A DNA stretch of 11,304 nt from an uncultured Gammaproteobacteria bacterium (lineage in GTDB: Bacteria > Patescibacteriota > Patescibacteriia > UBA2591 > UBA6264). The position numbers and the translations under genes were made by a program. This document shows, one piece after another, positions 6,645-11,304 of the stretch. Numbering within the stretch: position 1 is the first letter of the stretch; every line of letters starts with the position of its first letter. The stretch lies in the NCBI GenBank assembly GCA_964617525.1, contig CAZTWG010000013.1:1-11304 (forward strand), given 5' to 3'. Under the pieces are notes generated by a model. The model made no database searches. It was not told the DNA's origin and worked only from the letters and a program-made list of their open reading frames with translations.

Positions 6645-7610
6645 ATGACTTTAAATAAAAAAATAAAAGCGATTGGACTTTTTTCGGGAGGATTGGATTC
6701 AGTTTTAGCAACGAAATTAATTATTGATCAGGGTATCGTAGTGGTGGGGTTAACATTTAGCACTCCCTTTTTTTCTAATAAAAACAAGTCAATTGTTAAA
6801 GCAAGCGCTGACCAATTAGGAATTCCTTTGTACACAATAGAATTAAAAGAAGATTATTTAAAAATGATTAGAAACCCTAACCATGGTTATGGTTCAGCTA
6901 TTAACCCTTGCATTGATTGTCGGATATTTATGCTTGAAAAAGCAAAGATTTTTATGGAACAAAACAAAGCTCATTTTCTTTTTACTGGGGAAGTTTTGGG
7001 GCAACGCCCTATGTCTCAGTATCGTCGCTCTTTAGATTTGATTGCCAAAGCTTCTGGTTTAAGTGATTTACTTTTACGACCTTTGTCTGCTAAATTGCTC
7101 CCCATCACTGAACTAGAAAAAGAAGGATTGGTTGATAGAAAAAAATTATTGGGCATTAGTGGGCGTTCCAGAAAAAAACAATTAGAGCTAGTTAAAAAGT
7201 ATAAGATTACAACTTATTCTGCACCAGCTGGTGGTTGCCTTTTGACTGAAAAGGGGTATGCAGAAAAATTAAAAGACCTTTGGGAATACAAGAAAAAAGT
7301 AACACTTAAGGAAGTGTCACTATTAAAGTTTGGTCGTTATTTTATATCTAAAAAAGCTAGAATAATTGTTGGGCGAAATAAAGAAGAGAACAAAGAGTTG
7401 TTGAATCTAAAATCACCAAGCGATTATTTTTTTACTTGTCCTAGTTTTCCTAGTCCTGTTACCCTTTTGATCGGTGATAAGACAAAAGAAAATATTAAAG
7501 AAGCGGCTCGTTTGACCGCTCGTTATTCAGATGCGCCCAACAAAGAAAAGATTGTTATAGAATACGGATGCAAAGAGTTGGACAAAAGAATAGAAATAGA
7601 GAAAAGATAA
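6645..7610 (+). CDS. PP-loop ATP pyrophosphatase, ThiI/TtuA/MnmA-like tRNA sulfurtransferase (no THUMP domain)
   Basis: 321-aa ORF with the N-terminal PP-loop GLFSGGLDS. It carries a CxxC pair (NPCIDCRIF; C89, C92) plus a distal Cys (APAGGCLLTE; C198), and ..FLFTGEVLGQRPMSQ... This architecture matches adenylating tRNA thiolation enzymes. The target nucleoside cannot be read from the sequence. Confidence 0.7.
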   Translation: MTLNKKIKAIGLFSGGLDSVLATKLIIDQGIVVVGLTFSTPFFSNKNKSIVKASADQLGIPLYTIELKEDYLKMIRNPNHGYGSAINPCIDCRIFMLEKAKIFMEQNKAHFLFTGEVLGQRPMSQYRRSLDLIAKASGLSDLLLRPLSAKLLPITELEKEGLVDRKKLLGISGRSRKKQLELVKKYKITTYSAPAGGCLLTEKGYAEKLKDLWEYKKKVTLKEVSLLKFGRYFISKKARIIVGRNKEENKELLNLKSPSDYFFTCPSFPSPVTLLIGDKTKENIKEAARLTARYSDAPNKEKIVIEYGCKELDKRIEIEKR

Positions 7611-8081
7611 TCTATTGATTCTTTGCATAAGGTTAAATATATTTTTGATGTCAATAATTCTTTTCTTATGTTTTATTGATATTGATATGTCACTATTTAT
7701 CTTTAGTCAATTTTAGTTTCTTGACCAATAATCAACCTTGGGTAGTCCCTATTTCAATGAATAGTCTGTCAATTTTTAAAGACTTGTTATTTTTGTATGG
7801 ATTCTCTAAAGTTATTTCTTTCAAAATTTTATCTTTTTTTGACTTTTGGATGTTATTGTTATAAATAATATCTATTTTTTTATTTATTCAGTTCAAACAA
7901 GGTCTTTGCCAAGTGATATATTTAATATACCTTTTTGTTATTTATTTTTTTATTCTTAGCACTAAAAGAAAATCCATTTTTTGTCAAATCTATCCTAAAA
8001 ATTTCTTTTTCAGAAAAAATTACAAATTCTATCCATCACTACAATTGATCTAACTGTGTGCAATATTTATGGATAAAAAAA

Positions 8082-8153
8082 TACCCCCGACAGGAGTTGA
8101 ACCTGTGTCTAGAAATTAGGAATCTCTTGTTCTATCCGTTGAACTACGGGGGC
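8082..8153 (-). tRNA. tRNA-Arg (anticodon CCU)
   Basis: Hand-folded cloverleaf on the minus strand: GCCCCCG-TA-GTTC-AACGGATA-GAAC-A-AGAGA-TTCCTAA-TTTCT-AGAC-ACAGG-TTCAACT-CCTGT-CGGGGGT-A. It has a 7-bp acceptor stem (G1:U72), U8, A14, GG in the D-loop, A20, U33, anticodon CCT, A37, TTC and a G53:C61 pair. 72 nt, no encoded CCA, followed by a T7 run. Confidence 0.9.
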
Positions 8154-8159
8154 TCTTTT

Positions 8160-8315
8160 CTATAGCAAGAATTCGCTTATCTTGCCTAGAAAGTTAGTTT
8201 GTTTTTCTATTAAACTACTTGCAATTAAAATAGCTAGAATAATCGTAACCAGAATTGCTATCTTTTTTAAATCATAGCTTAATGGATTTTCGATGTTTTT
8301 GTCTTTTGTTTCCAT
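8160..8315 (-). CDS. Hypothetical 51-aa single-pass membrane micro-protein (below the ORF-track size cut-off)
   Basis: Hand translation: METKDKNIENPLSYDLKKIAILVTIILAILIASSLIEKQTNFLGKISEFLL, then TAG (8162-8160). It has a polar N-terminus, an 18-residue hydrophobic helix and an ATG start. It fills the whole interval between a near-consensus promoter and the tRNA, ending 6 nt before the tRNA 5' end. There is no homology evidence. Confidence 0.3.
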   Translation of the reverse strand: METKDKNIENPLSYDLKKIAILVTIILAILIASSLIEKQTNFLGKISEFLL

Positions 8316-8321
8316 ATTCTC

Positions 8322-8349
8322 ATTTTAATAGTTTGGACGCTTTAGTCAA
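8322..8349 (-). promoter_or_regulatory. Putative promoter driving the micro-ORF + tRNA-Arg transcript
   Basis: On the minus strand: TTGACT (8349-8344), a 16-nt spacer, TAAAAT (8327-8322), then GAGAAT, then ATG (8315). Confidence 0.4.
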
Positions 8350-8354
8350 GTTAA

Positions 8355-8383
8355 TTGACCAATCTAATTATATCGTGTAAAAT
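8355..8383 (+). promoter_or_regulatory. Putative promoter of the bactofilin operon
   Basis: TTGACC (8355-8360), a 17-nt spacer, then TGTAAAAT (hexamer 8378-8383). It predicts a ~35-nt leader before ATG 8425 and is divergent from the tRNA/micro-ORF promoter. Confidence 0.4.
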
Positions 8384-8424
8384 ATAAATTATATACATTA
8401 ATAAATTATAAATAATTTTATCTT

Positions 8425-8844
8425 ATGTTTAGAAAAGATTTAAAAATTAAACCCGAAGAAGCCGAGACAATAATCGGCGCGGGGGTAAGAGTTGAAGGTA
8501 CTTTTAACGCAGTTGGTAATGTTATTGTTAAAGGTGAGCTTGTTGGTTCTATGGAAACCCAAAGCGACGTTTATCTAATGGAGGGAGGCATTATTGAAGC
8601 TAACATTAAGGCTAATAACGCAATTATAGCAGGTAGGGTGAAGGGCAATTTAAAGGTAGATGAGAAAATAGAGCTTAACTCAACTGCTAGATTATCGGGA
8701 GACATCAATTGTCAATCTTTGTCGATAGAAGAAGGTGCAGTTCTCCACGGCAAATGTAATGTTGGTGGCAATGATGCTAAAGTTTCCGCCAAAGAAAGGA
8801 AGCAACAACAAAAAGAAGAGCGTGAAGAAGGTTTGGCTGAATAG
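8425..8844 (+). CDS. Bactofilin (polymer-forming cytoskeletal protein, DUF583 family)
   Basis: 139-aa ORF. The core is the repetitive beta-helix pattern typical of bactofilins: IIGAGVRVEGTFNAVGNVIVKGELVGSMETQSDVYLMEGGIIEANIKANNAIIAGRVKGNLKVDEKIELNSTARLSGDINCQSLSIEEGAVLHGKC. It has a short N-terminal tail and a charged disordered C-terminal tail. Confidence 0.9.
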   Translation: MFRKDLKIKPEEAETIIGAGVRVEGTFNAVGNVIVKGELVGSMETQSDVYLMEGGIIEANIKANNAIIAGRVKGNLKVDEKIELNSTARLSGDINCQSLSIEEGAVLHGKCNVGGNDAKVSAKERKQQQKEEREEGLAE

Positions 8845-8903
8845 AAGGTCATATTTAGCGTTTGATATTCTACCCTTAATATCATGTTTTAACATTTCAT
8901 GTT

Positions 8904-9689
8904 ATGTATTTTTATATCTATGACTCTTTTTTGGTCAAAAAAAAATACGACAAAATACTCTCTAGGGTTGAGACTAGATTAGCTATCCTAGATATTGCTG
9001 GTCGTAAGCATAGACTTTCCATTTTAAAGAGCGTTAGTGAAATAATTCAAAAAATTCTTGAGCAGGACAGTTCTCCTACAATTGTAGTTGTTGGTGGTGA
9101 TGAAACTTTTTGTGAGGCAACTTTACCTTTGGTTGGAACTGAAGCTACTATTGGTTTTATTCCCACAGAAAATGATTCCTTGATTGCTGACATTCTAGGG
9201 TTACCAGTTAATGAATATGCTTGTGATGTTGTTTCTGCCCGCAGGATAGAATATGTTAATTTAGGTAAAATTAATAATCAACATTTTTTCTCTTCTGTTG
9301 AGTTTGAACCTATGCAAAGCCTTATTCTGGCTGACAAAAAATATCAAATTATTACCAAGAAGATTAAATCAGTTAAGGTTGCTAATCTAGACTTTTTGCG
9401 CTTTCAAAGAGGAATTGACGGCACTCCAGAAGATAAGATGGTTAGTAATCCTAAGGATGACCATCTAGAGGTTTTAATGGGTACGCCTCAAAAGAGACTA
9501 ATGTTTTTTAAACAAAAAGAAAAGAGGGATAGCCTGTTCTTTGTTAAAAAATTAAGTATTGATCCCAAGAATCCCAAAAATGAAGTATTAATTAGGGTGG
9601 ATAATAAAAATATTATTAAAGCTCCTGCGTTAATAGAGGTAGCTAAGGAAAAGTTAAAGATAATTGTCGGCAAAGACCGACTAATATAA
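8904..9689 (+). CDS. Diacylglycerol/lipid kinase catalytic-domain-like protein (YegS/DgkB/NAD-kinase fold)
   Basis: 261-aa ORF. N-terminal YFYIYDSFL...RVETRLAILDIAGRKHRLS, then PTIVVVGGDETFCEA, a variant of the GGDGT nucleotide-binding signature. ..IGFIPTENDSLIADILGLP.. corresponds to the (G)xIPxGTGNDFAR-type segment. It lies 59 nt downstream of the bactofilin gene on the same strand. Confidence 0.65.
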   Translation: MYFYIYDSFLVKKKYDKILSRVETRLAILDIAGRKHRLSILKSVSEIIQKILEQDSSPTIVVVGGDETFCEATLPLVGTEATIGFIPTENDSLIADILGLPVNEYACDVVSARRIEYVNLGKINNQHFFSSVEFEPMQSLILADKKYQIITKKIKSVKVANLDFLRFQRGIDGTPEDKMVSNPKDDHLEVLMGTPQKRLMFFKQKEKRDSLFFVKKLSIDPKNPKNEVLIRVDNKNIIKAPALIEVAKEKLKIIVGKDRLI

Positions 9690-9698
9690 GGTTTGTCC

Positions 9699-9733
9699 AA
9701 AACTGACCCGTCGGGTCAGTTATAGAAAGCAAA
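9699..9733 (+). repeat. Hairpin repeat copy 1 (REP-like / IS end-like)
   Basis: AACTGACCC-GTC-GGGTCAGTT: perfect 9-bp stem and 3-nt loop, with conserved flanks. It is 34/35 identical to copy 2 and begins 10 nt after the lipid-kinase-like stop. Confidence 0.85.
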
Positions 9734-9748
9734 AGAATAAAATAAAAG

Positions 9749-10483
9749 ATGGGAAAAGAAATATCTACAATAGGAGATTTTGTTCATGTATATAATAGAG
9801 GTAGTCGTAAAATGCCTATTGTTTATGATGAAGCAGATAAGTGGCGTTTCTTGAAAACTTTGCGTTATTTTAACGATGAATACTATTCAAGTAATATTTT
9901 GCGTTCTGTAAAGACGCATATAGACTCTGGCAAGTGCAATCAATTTGAACGTCCCAAGAATTGGCCATCTCCCCGCCCATTAGTTAAAATTTTAGCTTAT
10001 TGCTTGATGCCTAATCATTTTCATTTACTTTTGGAGGAAATTAGAGAAAATGGAATTAGTAAGTTTATGTCTCGGTTGAGTGATAGTTTTACAAAATATA
10101 TTAATACTAAACGAAATGAATCGGGACGATTATTTCAAGGCCCATATCAATTCAAAATTATAAAAGATGAAAGATATTTTCAATATGTAGGTATGTATAT
10201 TCAAGTTTTTAACCCTTTTGAGCTTTATCCTGGCGGGGTTGGAAAAGCAGTAGATGAATTTGATAAAGCATTTGATTTTGTTTTAGAATATGCATTTAGT
10301 AGCTTAGGGGAAAGTTTTGGCAGGAGAAATTTGCATATTTTAGGAAAAGATACATCAGAAGAAATCTATAAAGGTTTAGAAGGATATAAAGAGACTGCGC
10401 GCGAGGCTTTAGCTTATCATTCTGCTCAAATTGAAGAAATTAACTCTTTTTTAAAGAAAACTGACCCGTCGGGTCAGTTATAG
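9749..10483 (+). CDS. HUH / Y1 single-strand DNA transposase, COG1943 (RAYT / IS200-like TnpA) family
   Basis: 244-aa ORF. N-terminal block FVHVYNRGSRKMPIVYDEADKWRFLKTL. HUH motif in ILAYCLMPNHFHLLLEE. Downstream ..GRLFQGPYQFKII.DERYFQYVGMYIQVFNP.. resembles the catalytic-Tyr helix (RYIHxNP). The last ~8 codons and the TAG stop lie inside hairpin repeat copy 2. Confidence 0.85.
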   Translation: MGKEISTIGDFVHVYNRGSRKMPIVYDEADKWRFLKTLRYFNDEYYSSNILRSVKTHIDSGKCNQFERPKNWPSPRPLVKILAYCLMPNHFHLLLEEIRENGISKFMSRLSDSFTKYINTKRNESGRLFQGPYQFKIIKDERYFQYVGMYIQVFNPFELYPGGVGKAVDEFDKAFDFVLEYAFSSLGESFGRRNLHILGKDTSEEIYKGLEGYKETAREALAYHSAQIEEINSFLKKTDPSGQL

Positions 10484-10491
10484 AAGGCAAA
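10457..10491 (+). repeat. Hairpin repeat copy 2 (overlaps the transposase stop codon)
   Basis: Same 21-nt palindrome and flanks as copy 1, 758 nt downstream, in the same orientation. Confidence 0.85.
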
Positions 10492-10548
10492 GTTGTTGTT
10501 TTATTCGCTGTTTATGTTATTATATTGAGATATAAGCCGAGCATTTTT

Positions 10549-10574
10549 AAAACTGACCCGACGGGTCAGTTATA
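10549..10574 (+). repeat. Hairpin repeat copy 3 (solo copy, loop variant)
   Basis: AAAACTGACCCGACGGGTCAGTTATAG is identical to copies 1 and 2 over 26 nt except the central loop base (GTC to GAC). It lies 92 nt after copy 2 and 10 nt before ATG 10585. Confidence 0.85.
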
Positions 10575-10584
10575 GGGAATTTTT

Positions 10585-11304
10585 ATGAAAAGGTTTGGGA
10601 AAATTTTCAAAAAAAGGAAAGTTGGGGTTTTGGATTTTGTGAGAAGGATCCCAATTTTTAGGGGCTCGGCTCCTCATAAAAAATTTAAGAGATGGATCGG
10701 GGGTACCCACCGAAGCCTTGGCGTAGGCGGAAAGTTTCTGTCTTTATTTGCGGGGTTGTTTGGTAACGCGAGGAAGAGAGCAGAAAATATAAAGAGAATG
10801 GAGAGAAGAAAGAGGTTTGTGGTGTTAGGGGTTTCAACTGTTTTGCTTTTTGTGGCAGGGTTTGCGGTTGCTGGAGTGATTGGCAGTTTTTCAACTGGTG
10901 ATATAAATAAAGGGTTGGTTGGGCATTGGCCTTTAGATGGCGCGCATTTGAATTCTACAACTAATAGAGTGGATGATATTAGTGGTCATGGAAATCATGG
11001 GACAAATTATGGAGCTACTTTGACAACAGATAGACATGGGCAGGCAAATGGAGCGATGAGCTTTGGTGGAGTGAATGATTATATAGATTGCGGGAATGAT
11101 GAAAGTTTACAGATCAATGATATTTTCTCTGTGTCCTTCTGGACAAAGATTAGCGACTTAGACGATCATCATGAGCTTGTATCGAAAGGGCGAGGGCTGA
11201 GTTCTCCCGGTAATTATGGTTGGGCGGTGAGTTATGCAATCAGCGGAATTGTATATTTTGATGTTTATCAAGCAGATGGGACAAGAATCAGTAAAACTTA
11301 TAGT
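10585..11304 (+). CDS. LamG / concanavalin-A-like lectin domain membrane-anchored protein (5' partial, continues beyond window)
   Basis: Absent from the ORF track because it has no stop. I translated it by hand; it is open for 240 codons to the window edge, and an in-frame TAG at 10573-10575 precedes the first ATG. It encodes a basic N-terminus (MKRFGKIFKKRK...), then a TM helix FVVLGVSTVLLFVAGFAVAGVIG. After that comes GLVGHWPLDGAHLNSTTNRVDDISGHGNHGTNYGATLTTDRHGQANGAMSFGGVNDYIDCGN..FSVSFW, the classic LamG_3-type opening. An alternative start is ATG 10798 (MERRKRFVVLG..). Confidence 0.75.
   Translation, partial: MKRFGKIFKKRKVGVLDFVRRIPIFRGSAPHKKFKRWIGGTHRSLGVGGKFLSLFAGLFGNARKRAENIKRMERRKRFVVLGVSTVLLFVAGFAVAGVIGSFSTGDINKGLVGHWPLDGAHLNSTTNRVDDISGHGNHGTNYGATLTTDRHGQANGAMSFGGVNDYIDCGNDESLQINDIFSVSFWTKISDLDDHHELVSKGRGLSSPGNYGWAVSYAISGIVYFDVYQADGTRISKTYS

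Larger units (their letters stand above)
9699..10485 (+). mobile_element. IS200-like / REP-RAYT unit: Y1 HUH transposase gene bracketed by directly oriented hairpin repeats
   Basis: Identical 29-nt repeats (AAAACTGACCCGTCGGGTCAGTTATAGAA) at 9699-9727 and 10457-10485 flank one HUH-transposase ORF. The total of ~790 bp is the size class of IS200. The boundaries are inferred from the repeats only. Confidence 0.55.

Noticed and set aside
7676-7864. 62-aa + strand ORF in the large intergenic gap
   Set aside because: It has a TTG start and extreme Phe/Leu/Ser/Ile content from a T-rich strand, with no motif and no promoter or RBS context. Most likely it is non-coding.
7989-8076. Replication origin (DnaA-box cluster plus AT-rich tracts)
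   Set aside because: There is only one 8/9 match to TTATCCACA and two poor ones. No dnaA, dnaN or other origin-linked genes are nearby, and such words are expected by chance in AT-rich DNA. It is kept only as a low-probability option within the intergenic-gap finding.
8692-8923. 67-aa (-) and 62-aa (+) ORFs overlapping the bactofilin 3' end and the intergenic region
   Set aside because: One is antisense and the other an alternate-frame shadow of the bactofilin gene and the start of the lipid-kinase-like gene. Both are low-complexity translations.
9488-9700. 70-aa - strand ORF
   Set aside because: Antisense shadow of the lipid-kinase-like gene.
9699-10577. CRISPR array hypothesis for the three hairpin repeats
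   Set aside because: There are only three copies, with very unequal spacing (758 and 92 nt). The first interval is a complete transposase gene, the repeat is a perfect hairpin with conserved asymmetric flanks, and there are no cas genes. This fits REP or IS ends, not CRISPR.
10685-10894. 69-aa - strand ORF
   Set aside because: It is antisense to the long open + strand frame that encodes the TM helix and LamG domain. The + frame has clear domain signatures and this one has none.

Overview
This is an 11.3-kb, very AT-rich, tightly packed bacterial window. Gene content and protein style fit a reduced-genome, CPR/Patescibacteria-like organism; that assignment is inference only, since no search was possible.

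Genes in order:
- rpsF-ssb-rpsR-efp operon (-)
- Trm11-like methyltransferase followed by a family-4 glycosyltransferase broken into two overlapping ORFs (+)
- a free-standing single-motif LAGLIDADG homing-endonuclease gene with its own predicted promoter and terminator (-)
- serS (-), divergent from a PP-loop/3-Cys tRNA-thiolase-like gene (+)
- a 470-nt AT-rich non-coding gap
- tRNA-Arg(CCU) (-), whose whole 5' leader is a 51-codon one-TM micro-ORF
- a bactofilin plus lipid-kinase-like pair (+)
- an HUH/Y1 (RAYT / IS200-like) transposase bracketed by three copies of a perfect 21-nt hairpin repeat
- the 5' 240 codons of a G+C-richer LamG-domain membrane protein that runs off the window. The ORF track misses it because it has no stop.

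Most noteworthy:
- the hairpin-repeat/Y1-transposase unit
- the intergenic homing-endonuclease cassette, with overlapping palindromes in its leader
- the split GT-B glycosyltransferase
- -10 boxes lying 5-8 nt from the ATG of several first genes, which suggests leaderless mRNAs

I found no CRISPR array, rRNA, recognisable defence operon or clearly novel multi-gene system. All functional calls rest on motif recognition by eye.
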